Part shown: positions 27,893 through 36,270 of the stretch, piece by piece
How positions within the stretch are numbered: the stretch's first letter is position 1
Layout of the letters: each line of letters opens with the position of its first letter
Assembly (NCBI GenBank): GCA_051382295.1
Contig: JBBCAW010000030.1
Coordinates: 1 to 41,883 of the forward strand
Reading direction: 5' to 3'
Origin: Bdellovibrionota bacterium FG-1
GTDB taxonomy: Bacteria > Bdellovibrionota > UBA1018
Length of the DNA: 41,883 bases
The notes under the pieces: generated by a model
Databases searched by the model: none
Seen by the model: only the letters and a program-made list of their open reading frames with translations
What the model was told of the DNA's origin: nothing
Program-made: the position numbers and the translations under genes

Positions 27893-29364
27893 CGATTCAG
27901 CGGCATCGTAATTGGATTGGCGGCAGTTGGCAAAGTTCGCAGAATTCGGGCGATTTGCGGGAGATTCACTCGCCCTTTGATCGGACGGTTGTCTCGGTTG
28001 TGGAGTATGCGAGTTCTGAGCAAATGCAAAAAGCCTTGGCCGCCGCCGCAGGGGCGAGCGGTGCTTTCAAAAAAATCAGCCGCTATGCGCGAAGTCGGCT
28101 TTTGGCGGCGATGAGGGAGGGAATTGCGACCCGCCGCGATGATTTTGTTCGGAGCATGGTTCTAGAAGCCGGAAAACCCACTACCTTGGCTCACGCCGAG
28201 GTCACGCGGGCGTTGACGACCTTTACGGTCGCGGCTGAAGAAGCCAAACGTTTCGGTGGTGAGGTGATCCCTATTGATATTGATGCAACCGCACGGGCTT
28301 ATGCCCCAGCAATTTCGTTTTGGGTTCCGCGCGGCCCGATTCTCGGAATCACGCCCTTTAATTTTCCACTCAATTTAGTGGCGCACAAGGTTGCCCCGGC
28401 ACTAGCGGTGGGCGCGCCGATCTTGATCAAGGCCGCGCCGCAAACCCCGGGGGGTGCGACGTTGTTGGCTGAGGTCTTCGAAAAAGCATTGGCTCAGGTT
28501 CAGGCTTCTGAAGTCGGCAAGGATTTGATTCCTGCGGCGGCGTTGCAAGTGATCCATTGTTCGAATGAGGTCACAGGCCTTGCTGTCACGGATCCGCGCA
28601 TCACGACGGTGAGTTTTACCGGAAGTGTCAAAGTGGGGTGGATGCTTCAGCAAAAGGCGATCGGAAAGCGTTTGACCCTCGAGCTGGGTGGCAATGCAGG
28701 GGTCGTGATTCATTCCGATGCTGACCTCAAGCGCGCCGCAAATCGCTGCGTTGCCGGAGCGTTTGGTTATGCGGGCCAATCCTGCATTTCGGTGCAACGA
28801 ATTTTTGTTCAGAATTCAGTTAAAAAGAAGTTCGAAGAGTTGCTGTTGTCGGAGACGCGGAAAACCGCCGTAGGCGACCCCACCAAAAAAGAAACCATTG
28901 TTGGTCCGGTCATTGACTCGGGGGCGGCTGATCGGATTATGAATTGGATTGGCGAGGCCCAGAAATCGGGCGCGCAGGTTCTTTGCGGGGGTTCGCGTGA
29001 GGGCAATGTGATTGCGCCTACGCTTTTGTCTCAAGTTCCTCGAAGTTTGCCGCTTGTATGCGAAGAGGTCTTCGGTCCCGTGGCGGTCATTGAGGGATAC
29101 GAGTTGTTCGAAGACGCGATCGCCGGAATGAACGACTCTCGGTTTGGCTTACAGGCCGGGATTTTTACCGACAGCGCTCGTTTGATTCGGCAGGCAATAG
29201 ATGAATTTGAGGTTGGTGGCGTGATGGTCAATGAGGTGCCCACTTATCGTGCGGATCAAATGCCGTATGGCGGCGTCAAGGAATCGGGTTTGGGACGTGA
29301 GGGCGTTCGCTATGCGATGGAAGAGTATAGCGAGCGTCGGACTGTGGTGACTTGGACTGGATGA
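27889..29364 (+). CDS. Aldehyde dehydrogenase
   Basis: TPFNFPLNL..HK, FTGS, LELGGNA, AGQSCISVQR, EEVFGP, MPYGGVKESG. Confidence 0.93.
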   Translation: MTIQRHRNWIGGSWQSSQNSGDLREIHSPFDRTVVSVVEYASSEQMQKALAAAAGASGAFKKISRYARSRLLAAMREGIATRRDDFVRSMVLEAGKPTTLAHAEVTRALTTFTVAAEEAKRFGGEVIPIDIDATARAYAPAISFWVPRGPILGITPFNFPLNLVAHKVAPALAVGAPILIKAAPQTPGGATLLAEVFEKALAQVQASEVGKDLIPAAALQVIHCSNEVTGLAVTDPRITTVSFTGSVKVGWMLQQKAIGKRLTLELGGNAGVVIHSDADLKRAANRCVAGAFGYAGQSCISVQRIFVQNSVKKKFEELLLSETRKTAVGDPTKKETIVGPVIDSGAADRIMNWIGEAQKSGAQVLCGGSREGNVIAPTLLSQVPRSLPLVCEEVFGPVAVIEGYELFEDAIAGMNDSRFGLQAGIFTDSARLIRQAIDEFEVGGVMVNEVPTYRADQMPYGGVKESGLGREGVRYAMEEYSERRTVVTWTG

Positions 29365-30500
29365 CTTTACGGCAAAACCCCGGATGTCGTTCGGAGTGTC
29401 GAGTCTGTCATTATAAGACCCTCGAGTATCCAGAGCAGCTCCAAAAGAAGCAAAATTGGGCGGATCGACAGTTGGCGCCGTGGTTGGCAGTATTGAGGCA
29501 GATTGTACCGTCGCCCGAGGGCGAGCGTGTCGCTTATCGCGCAAAAAGCTGGATGCAGACCCATTTTGAGAAGGGTCAGATTTCGTTTGGCATGTACCGA
29601 GCCGTTCAAGTCGAGGGGAAATGGACCCAGGAGTTTGTCTCGTGGAACACCTGTCCGATGCATTTGCCCGCGATTCAGGAAATGATACCCCGGTTACAGA
29701 GCGCTTTGTCGCAAATAAAAGATGATTTCGTAGAAAGGTCGCTAGTCGGTGTTTGGTTTGGCTTACCTCATTTAGTGGTCGTCGCGCGAGAACCAGAAAT
29801 GCACGGGTTAGAGCGCTTGAATTGGGCACAAATTTTGGAGCCTCCTTTTGATCGAGCCTGGTTTCATTGTAACCCTCAAGTGGGACGAAAAATTTTTAGC
29901 CATTTAGAAATTCGTGAGCTTTATTCGCGGTCTTCGGATCAGGGTAAAACGACCCAAGGGTCCCATCCCATTCGGGCGTTTCGACAAATCGCACAAACCT
30001 TGCTTCGCGAGGCACGCGCTCAAGCGGTCGAGGTGCTACTGGGGCCGGCTCCTTCGCTGGTTGTGGATTTGTATTGTGGAACGGGTGATTTGTCGCTCCT
30101 GTTGCCGGCATCTGTGAATTGGCTAGGTATTGAGCTTTCGTCAGAAGCCATTCAATTTGCGCGGTCGCTCAAGCCTCCCGAGCGAGCGATTCACGAGGCT
30201 TATGTCGGAACGGTGGAACATCGGTTGCGCGATCCTCGCGTGGTGAGCCAGATTCAAGGCTCTTATTCGCTATTTTTAAATCCCCCGCGGTCTGGCCTTT
30301 CCGATGAAGCTCAGAGCCAGGTTTTGAACCTGATTCGCGAAAAGAAACCCCGATCGATCGTTTATCTTTCTTGTAGCGCCTCAAGCCTCGCGCGGGATTT
30401 GGCTGCTCTTCATGCAGTGGGCTGGAAGGTGGATTCGTTGCAGCCTTACGATTTTTTTCCGCAGACTGAGCACTTTGAGACTCTGGCGACTTTGAGTTAG
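29361..30500 (+). CDS. RlmD/TrmA-family RNA m5U methyltransferase (no TRAM domain)
   Basis: N-terminal C..C..C cluster, YRAK, DLYCGTG, NPPRSGL, YLSC, DFFPQTEHFE. Confidence 0.88.
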   Translation: MTLRQNPGCRSECRVCHYKTLEYPEQLQKKQNWADRQLAPWLAVLRQIVPSPEGERVAYRAKSWMQTHFEKGQISFGMYRAVQVEGKWTQEFVSWNTCPMHLPAIQEMIPRLQSALSQIKDDFVERSLVGVWFGLPHLVVVAREPEMHGLERLNWAQILEPPFDRAWFHCNPQVGRKIFSHLEIRELYSRSSDQGKTTQGSHPIRAFRQIAQTLLREARAQAVEVLLGPAPSLVVDLYCGTGDLSLLLPASVNWLGIELSSEAIQFARSLKPPERAIHEAYVGTVEHRLRDPRVVSQIQGSYSLFLNPPRSGLSDEAQSQVLNLIREKKPRSIVYLSCSASSLARDLAALHAVGWKVDSLQPYDFFPQTEHFETLATLS

Positions 30501-30757
30501 GGGCGTTCCGTTTTCAGGTCACGCAGCGCTAATAGCTCCATATATTTCGTGACGGCAAAATTGGCTTTAAAACACGCTTTACTTCGCAACATTTTCTCCT
30601 CCCACTTGGAGTAAGGATTGCCTTGAACATCAAAATGGGTGGTTTTTCCGTTCATGGGGACTCGTAATTCGAAGTAGGACCCGCGAGTCATTCGTACGGG
30701 TTTGAGTTTAGGATGAGGAACGATGGAGAGTGCCTTAAAATTAGCGGTCGATTTCAT
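30497..30757 (-). CDS. Small basic hypothetical protein
   Basis: 86 aa from ATG 30757, overlapping the upstream gene's end by 17 nt; fills the gap to the convergent methyltransferase. Confidence 0.45.
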   Translation of the reverse strand: MKSTANFKALSIVPHPKLKPVRMTRGSYFELRVPMNGKTTHFDVQGNPYSKWEEKMLRSKACFKANFAVTKYMELLALRDLKTERP

Positions 30758-32210
30758 CAAAATTTTGTTGGTCCGGATTCCAAATGTGATTTTGGCCGTG
30801 ATTATAATCTGTGGCCATTTCAATAGGAAGTGTTTTACCATTTCGTGTGATTTTGGATTCATTGGCGATTATGGTCACATCATTGGACCTCACCATACGG
30901 AGTCCTTCGGCATAGTGATCGCGGTGAGCCTGTTCCAATGCTCCGATTCTTTGCTTCATTTCATCGGGATGTGGGAGTCTCTCATATTCAAAAAGGTCGA
31001 CCATGCTTTTTTTGCAGGCGGCATTGCAGTTCGATGAATCATAATGATCCAACTGGGACTGAATATCGTATGCCGACATTCCTTCGCTAAAGGGTTCTTC
31101 CGTAATCCCTAATTGTAGAAACCGGGTGTCAGATTTTTCGACGACGGAGATCAGAGGTTTTCTGTCGAATCGAACTCGGCGGGCAATTTGATGTGAGATC
31201 CACCGCATCAGGTAGTCTCGGCGGGTCAGCCCTGGAATATCACGGTGATCGAGTGCGACTTTCAAAAGTCGAAAACGATGTTCGCGTGCCCACTTTATTT
31301 GGGCGCTCCAGTCCTGATTTCGAATTGCATCAGGCATAGCGGGGTGAGTAATAAAGACTGCGTTTCCTCCGCCTTGTGCGATTTTGGTCGCATGCTCCCC
31401 TGGTTGGAGGATTTGGGCTAAGCGCTCTACCGGTGTTCCCTCCCGAAACCGCAAATCTTGAATGGACATTGGCGGTGGAGGATCAAAGGGTTTTCCCTGA
31501 TCTAGAATTTGATATCGAGCTGACGAGGGCGGGTGGTTGACTCGCGAACGCGGATCGCCAGTGTAATGGCCGTCATGCATAGACCCAGCCTGCAGTTCAG
31601 GCAAGATCCACTGGCCACCGAGTTGGGCCAGGCCTTTGAGCGGTACTTTTGGATTTGTGGGGTTGAAGTGAGGGTCAACCTGGACCATTTTTTCAGACAA
31701 TTTCGGTCGTTGTTGCCCAAAGCTATGACTATGAACCCGCGAAGTTCCATCGTCATACGGTACGTTTTCGCGAATTTCTAAGGGGCGATCTGCGCCTTCG
31801 ATAATCCGGGCCAACGCCTCAGCGCGTCCAACTGTTCGGAGCTGAGAGGGTGATAACTCTCCCGTACCTCGGACTCGGGCAACTTGCTTACGCAGGGCCC
31901 GCGTCAGGACGGATCGTTCAGGTGCACTTAAGCGGGCGCCCGCGGTCTCATTGCGAAGCTGTGAGGTCTTGACCAAGCCATGGAGGGTTTGAACTTCGGC
32001 CACGACTGGGTTTTCGTTGCGAGGGGCGACCCATGAATAGCGCCCGTCAATCTGCGGCTTTGGTTCGAGTTGTTCAAGGAGTGAAGGGAGGCATCCAGAT
32101 TTTTTGGCATTACCGGGATTGGAGGACGCGGTAAGAACCGGGGTTCCAAAGAAAACAAAAATTCCGGCAATAATGAATGAGCCGAGTTGTTGTACTGAAT
32201 TTTTGGTCAT
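30741..32210 (-). CDS. Secreted hypothetical protein with possible minimal protein-kinase-like C-terminal domain
   Basis: Hydrophobic N-terminus; ordered motifs IAQGGGNAVF, LLKVA, TEEPFSEG, DYNHGQNHIW, EID. Confidence 0.6.
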   Translation of the reverse strand: MTKNSVQQLGSFIIAGIFVFFGTPVLTASSNPGNAKKSGCLPSLLEQLEPKPQIDGRYSWVAPRNENPVVAEVQTLHGLVKTSQLRNETAGARLSAPERSVLTRALRKQVARVRGTGELSPSQLRTVGRAEALARIIEGADRPLEIRENVPYDDGTSRVHSHSFGQQRPKLSEKMVQVDPHFNPTNPKVPLKGLAQLGGQWILPELQAGSMHDGHYTGDPRSRVNHPPSSARYQILDQGKPFDPPPPMSIQDLRFREGTPVERLAQILQPGEHATKIAQGGGNAVFITHPAMPDAIRNQDWSAQIKWAREHRFRLLKVALDHRDIPGLTRRDYLMRWISHQIARRVRFDRKPLISVVEKSDTRFLQLGITEEPFSEGMSAYDIQSQLDHYDSSNCNAACKKSMVDLFEYERLPHPDEMKQRIGALEQAHRDHYAEGLRMVRSNDVTIIANESKITRNGKTLPIEMATDYNHGQNHIWNPDQQNFDEIDR

Positions 32211-32219
32211 TAAAATGGC

Positions 32220-32298
32220 AATCGCCCGCTTGCGATCCTGTTTGGGCTCCTCGTTTCTATTGTAGAGGAGTTTACGCAGAACTGCGAGTCGGGCGATT
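32220..32298 (+). other. Long imperfect intergenic hairpin
   Basis: AATCGCCCG/CGGGCGATT closing stem, ~29 pairs in total including six G-T(U) pairs on the + strand, 12-nt loop. Confidence 0.6.
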
Positions 32299-32314
32299 CA
32301 AAGCAGACTAAAAA

Positions 32315-32668
32315 TCAGGCGCCAGCTTTTTGACGAACATCTCGAATCAGCGATACGCATTTGGTCGAAACGGTCAGATACTCGCTTCCCGACGCGATCA
32401 TGCCATTTGCTTTTTCAGTAGCACCCGTATCAGCGACGGTGATCACTTCACCCGCGCATTTATGAAATTTAGCATGCACTGTTTTGAGCTCAGCGAATTC
32501 CGGAATCGCCGCGAATTTTGCTCCTTCGCTGTGAATCCATTTTCCTAAGGCGCACTGGTCGTCTTTTCCGACCGTTGCCGGATTGAGGCTTTTGTCAGGC
32601 TTTGAAATATAGGCACGAAGTTTCATTTTCCAGTCAATGTGAGCGCTGATGGCTCCGTCAAAATCCAT
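32315..32668 (-). CDS. Stand-alone CZB (chemoreceptor zinc-binding) domain protein
   Basis: AHIDWK, DDQCALGKW and HAKFH give the 3His-1Cys Zn site; AAGGAG RBS. Confidence 0.92.
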   Translation of the reverse strand: MDFDGAISAHIDWKMKLRAYISKPDKSLNPATVGKDDQCALGKWIHSEGAKFAAIPEFAELKTVHAKFHKCAGEVITVADTGATEKANGMIASGSEYLTVSTKCVSLIRDVRQKAGA

Positions 32669-32820
32669 GGTGATGATCTCCTTAATAGGGCTAGGAACGT
32701 TATAAATGACGTATAGGTTTCCTCAGTTTGAACCCGATTTAAATAAAAATAAACCATGAATTTGCGCCAAAAAGCCGACACAACGCGCGCGGCGAGGTTT
32801 ATGCAGTTGGATAGACCTCA

Positions 32821-33654
32821 ATGGCCCGGTTCATTACAAAATCGCCCGCTTTGTTTTTGGCCTTAACTGTAGGGCTATTTTGTAGCTGCAATTCGCACCA
32901 AAATGCCCCAAATCTTGCTCCCAATCCGGTAAGATCCCAGTTTCGCCCTCCTTCCGAGAGTTGGAAGAAAGCCGCCGCGCGAAATCTGAACCAGGGAAGA
33001 CAAGCCGGTTCGGCCTATGACAGTGCGGTCCAGCTCGATCAATTGCAGGCCGATGAAATCCCGCAGGTTTCCGACGAGGCGCTCCAGGCCGTTTGCGCTT
33101 GGGTCAGAGAGACACGATTTTTGAATTCGCCGGAGCAAGATGGCGCCCCCAGTGGTTTTTTGCGCCGTCCCAGTTGGCTCTATCCCGATGATGGGTGTTG
33201 GGCGCGTGCGGCTCTAGCGGCTAATAGGATGGAAACACGGCATCTTCCTGCCCCCAAAAAGTTATTTGTTTTCGGTGACCTTGAATTGAAGACCGATAAC
33301 TCGCCTTCAGGAAAGGTTTGGTGGTGGTACCATATTGCGCCGGTCTATCGAACTGGAAGTGGTCTGGAGTCCGTTCGTGTGATCGATCCTTCGATTGATC
33401 CCAGTGAGCCGTTGACTCTGGCCGTTTGGGCTCAGCGGCAGAGTGGTGATCCAGGCACTCTCTTGTTTGCCAGTTGTGAGAAGGATACCTATGAACCTGG
33501 GGATTCTTGCCTGAGCCCCATGGCCATCGATCCAGACGTCATTGCCTGGGAGGAGCAAGATTTTCTCAGGCTCGAGTGGGATCGGCAAATTGAGTTGGGG
33601 CGCGACCCTCTGGTTGCGCTGGGAGATCAGCCTCCTTGGTCTCATGTGCAATAA
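32821..33654 (+). CDS. Protein-glutamine glutaminase family lipoprotein
   Basis: YPDDGCWARA, KLFVFGDL, WWYHIAP and VIDPS give the Cys-His-Asp triad of protein-glutaminase; LFCSC lipobox-like signal. Confidence 0.85.
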   Translation: MARFITKSPALFLALTVGLFCSCNSHQNAPNLAPNPVRSQFRPPSESWKKAAARNLNQGRQAGSAYDSAVQLDQLQADEIPQVSDEALQAVCAWVRETRFLNSPEQDGAPSGFLRRPSWLYPDDGCWARAALAANRMETRHLPAPKKLFVFGDLELKTDNSPSGKVWWWYHIAPVYRTGSGLESVRVIDPSIDPSEPLTLAVWAQRQSGDPGTLLFASCEKDTYEPGDSCLSPMAIDPDVIAWEEQDFLRLEWDRQIELGRDPLVALGDQPPWSHVQ

Positions 33655-33662
33655 CTCAGCAC

Positions 33663-33774
33663 CACAGTCCATAGGTCACAGTCCATAGGTCACAGTCCAT
33701 AGGTCACAGTCCATAGGTCACAGTCCATAGGTCACAGTCCATAGGTCACAGTCCATAGGTCACAGTCCATAGGT
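33663..33774. repeat. Perfect tandem repeat, 8 x 14 bp (CACAGTCCATAGGT)
   Basis: Eight identical contiguous units counted directly; no spacers. Confidence 0.97.
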
Positions 33775-33802
33775 CTAGGCCGAGGTTTCAGTGTCCCCAC
33801 AT

Positions 33803-33906
33803 CAGGAGTTTTAGGTGAAGGTGAGGGGATCCGCGTGCGCAGGAGGCGCGTTTTCGCGCGGAGTCCAGGGATGGACGACCCCGACACCCGTCACCTAAAA
33901 TTCCTG
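33803..33906 (+). ncRNA. Dispersed structured element copy 3
   Basis: CAGGAGTTTTAGGTGA...TCACCTAAAATTCCTG encloses GAGGGGATCCGCGTGCGCAGGAGGCGCGTTTTCGCGCGGAGTCCAGGGATGGACGACCCCGAC. Confidence 0.7.
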
Positions 33907-33947
33907 CCTTGACCCGCCGCCGCCCCGAATGCCATGATGGGGCCGTT

Positions 33948-34679
33948 ATGCAAAGCAACGCGTCATATCGTTTTGTCCTGTTTGTAACTGCCCTCACCTT
34001 GACTCTCATTCAAACGGGCTGCCTTAAGACTCGCGCCCAGCTCAAGGAAGAAAGCGACGAATCGGCACCTGCCAAGGTCGCTTCGCCTCAGGAGGTGCAA
34101 CCTCAGGGGCAATATGCGATCGATGAAATCAAGGGTGAGATTACGAGACTGCAAGGCCGACTCGAAGATGTTGAGCGGACTCAAAAGCAGACGAGTGCAA
34201 CCGGCCCGGGCGCACCCGACGCCAAAAAAGTTGAACAACGGGTGGTCGATCTTGAGCAAGCTCAAGCCAATATGATCGAGGCGATCAAAAAGTTACAAGA
34301 AAGCCCGGCCGCGAGCGTTGATCCTTCTGAACTCATCGAGAAGGGCAAAACTCAAATGGGGGGTGGTAATTTTGAAGGCGCTGCCGAGACTCTCGGGGCC
34401 GCCCAAAGGACTGCTAAAGGTAAAAAAGCCGAAGAGGCCACGTTCCTTCGGGGTGAGTGTTTTTACACGATAAAAGAATACAAAAAAGCGATCGTCGAGT
34501 ATTCGAGATTCCCGGAAAAATTCACTAAATCCGCTTATATGTCCAAAGCTTTATTTCAGATTGGCCGTTCTTTTGAAGCTCTGGGAATGAAAGAGGACGC
34601 TAAAAGCTTTTACCAAGAGTTGATTGAAAAATTTCCTAAAAGCCCCGAGGCTAAAAAGGCTCGCCCTAAAGTTAAGTGA
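33948..34679 (+). CDS. CpoB/YbgF-like TPR lipoprotein
   Basis: QTGC lipobox, coiled coil, C-terminal TPRs ending YQELIEKFPKSPEA; start at ATG 33948. Confidence 0.8.
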   Translation: MQSNASYRFVLFVTALTLTLIQTGCLKTRAQLKEESDESAPAKVASPQEVQPQGQYAIDEIKGEITRLQGRLEDVERTQKQTSATGPGAPDAKKVEQRVVDLEQAQANMIEAIKKLQESPAASVDPSELIEKGKTQMGGGNFEGAAETLGAAQRTAKGKKAEEATFLRGECFYTIKEYKKAIVEYSRFPEKFTKSAYMSKALFQIGRSFEALGMKEDAKSFYQELIEKFPKSPEAKKARPKVK

Positions 34680-36262
34680 GTAGCAAATTTCGATCTTGTT
34701 TCATGGCGTCTCTTTTGGGCGCAACGGTTTTCTTAGCGGCGCTCCCAGGTGGCGGAGCCGGCGCCGCTGTTCTTGTGCATTCTAATGATGTTCTTGGGGA
34801 TATCGAGCCCTGCGGTTGTCGCACGAATCCTCAGGGCGGAATGGCCAGAAAGTTTAATTTTGTCAGTAAATTAGACGGAGTTCTGCAGTTGGATGCGGGC
34901 GATTTGCTTTTTGCATCGGATTCGTTGCCGGAGTTGCTCGCCGGGCAAGCTGAATTGCAAGCCGCTTATTTGCTTCGTGCCATGGCCCTTGTTCATCATG
35001 ATGCCGTCGTTCCTGGAGAAAAAGATTTTGCGTTGGGCCTGAAGACTTTTGAAAAGCTCATCCATGGATCTTCCATTCGGTTTTTAGCCGCAAATTTGGT
35101 CCGCAAAAATGGAAAACCTCTTTTTCATAAAAGTGCCGTATTCACGCGAAAATCGTTGGATGGAAAACCTTTTAAGGTGGGCGTCATTGGCCTAGTTGGG
35201 CAGGATCTTCCTTTCCCTAAAGAGCTTCGGGTGCTTCCTGCGATCGCGGCCGCCAAACGTGAAGTCGCCGTGCTTCGAAAAAAGGTGGATTGGGTGGTTC
35301 TTCTGACTCACCAAGGCCTTGAGCATGACAAAGAGCTGGCGCAAGCAGTTCCGGGAATTGACGTGATTATCGGCGGCCATTCGCAAAGTTTTTTGCAAGA
35401 GCCGCTTCGAGTCGGCAAAACCGTTATTTTTCAGTCTTCATTTCGAAACCAATACGTCGGGGTCCTTCCGCTTCAAAAGGCCGTTCAAATCGAGAATTAT
35501 AAGCTGGTGGGTTTGGATGCGGGGTACGATTCACCGCCGCAAGGCCCACCCACGGCAATGGATAAGTTAGTGAGTGAATTCAAAAAGGCTATTGGCGAAC
35601 TCAACACCCGCGAGGATGCGCGCTTGATGGCGAGTGCCGCGGCGTTAAAACCAGGGGATGCGACTCAATATCAAACTTTTCCAAAATGCGCTGAATGTCA
35701 CCTGAAGCAATTTGATTTTTGGCGAAAGACGCCACACGCTTTGGCACTTCACACCCTGATCGAGAAAGACCAAATTCGAAATAAAGAATGCCTGACTTGC
35801 CACACCTTAGGCTTGGGGCAACCCAAAGGATTTTCAGCCATTCAGCAAATGGTTGAGGTCAAGCGCACTGCCGATCCTCAGGCTTCAGAACCAAAAATAG
35901 TGTCGGTTTCGCCCGAGGATTTTGCCCGCTATCTCAAGACAATTCATGACGCTAAAGACCTCAAAGCGGTCGTTCAGGTTTCGCCTGACGATGAGTCCCA
36001 TTCGATTCGGCGATCCGTGAGTAGTATTCATCGCGCGTGGGCCCCCGTCCAATGTGAGAATTGTCATCAGCCCGGTCAGGGTCACCCATTTTCTGGGACT
36101 TATTCAAAAAAAGTTGAAAAGACGGTTTGCTTGAAGTGCCATACGGCGGAACGCGCGCCGGAATGGTATACTGCGGCGGGAGCTCCTGATTGGCTTAAAA
36201 TTGAAGCGAAACGCACCTTGATGACCTGTCCCACGGGTGATCTTGATGCGATTGAGGATTGA
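34676..36262 (+). CDS. UshA/5'-nucleotidase-like metallophosphoesterase domain fused to tetraheme cytochrome c
   Basis: HSND..GDIEPCGC, GGMAR, LDAGD, PGEKDF, FLAANL, LTHQG, IIGGH; then CAECH, CLTCH, CENCH, CLKCH. Confidence 0.85.
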   Translation: MSSKFRSCFMASLLGATVFLAALPGGGAGAAVLVHSNDVLGDIEPCGCRTNPQGGMARKFNFVSKLDGVLQLDAGDLLFASDSLPELLAGQAELQAAYLLRAMALVHHDAVVPGEKDFALGLKTFEKLIHGSSIRFLAANLVRKNGKPLFHKSAVFTRKSLDGKPFKVGVIGLVGQDLPFPKELRVLPAIAAAKREVAVLRKKVDWVVLLTHQGLEHDKELAQAVPGIDVIIGGHSQSFLQEPLRVGKTVIFQSSFRNQYVGVLPLQKAVQIENYKLVGLDAGYDSPPQGPPTAMDKLVSEFKKAIGELNTREDARLMASAAALKPGDATQYQTFPKCAECHLKQFDFWRKTPHALALHTLIEKDQIRNKECLTCHTLGLGQPKGFSAIQQMVEVKRTADPQASEPKIVSVSPEDFARYLKTIHDAKDLKAVVQVSPDDESHSIRRSVSSIHRAWAPVQCENCHQPGQGHPFSGTYSKKVEKTVCLKCHTAERAPEWYTAAGAPDWLKIEAKRTLMTCPTGDLDAIED

Positions 36263-36270
36263 GACCTGAA

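Noticed and set aside
29394..29412. CxxCH (CRVCH) heme motif in the methyltransferase
   Set aside because: The protein is cytoplasmic, and the cysteines correspond to the RlmD-type Fe-S cluster motif.
32220..32298. Integron attC site or SRP RNA
   Set aside because: It lacks RYYYAAC/GTTRRRY ends and an integrase, and it lacks the SRP GGAA tetraloop with its conserved internal loops.
32790..32805. Sigma54 promoter (GG-N10-GC) before the glutaminase
   Set aside because: The flanking bases match poorly (GGCGA/ATGC) and it would leave only a ~5-nt leader; chance is likely.
33663..33774. CRISPR array
   Set aside because: The units are contiguous identical 14-mers with no unique spacers, and there are no cas genes.
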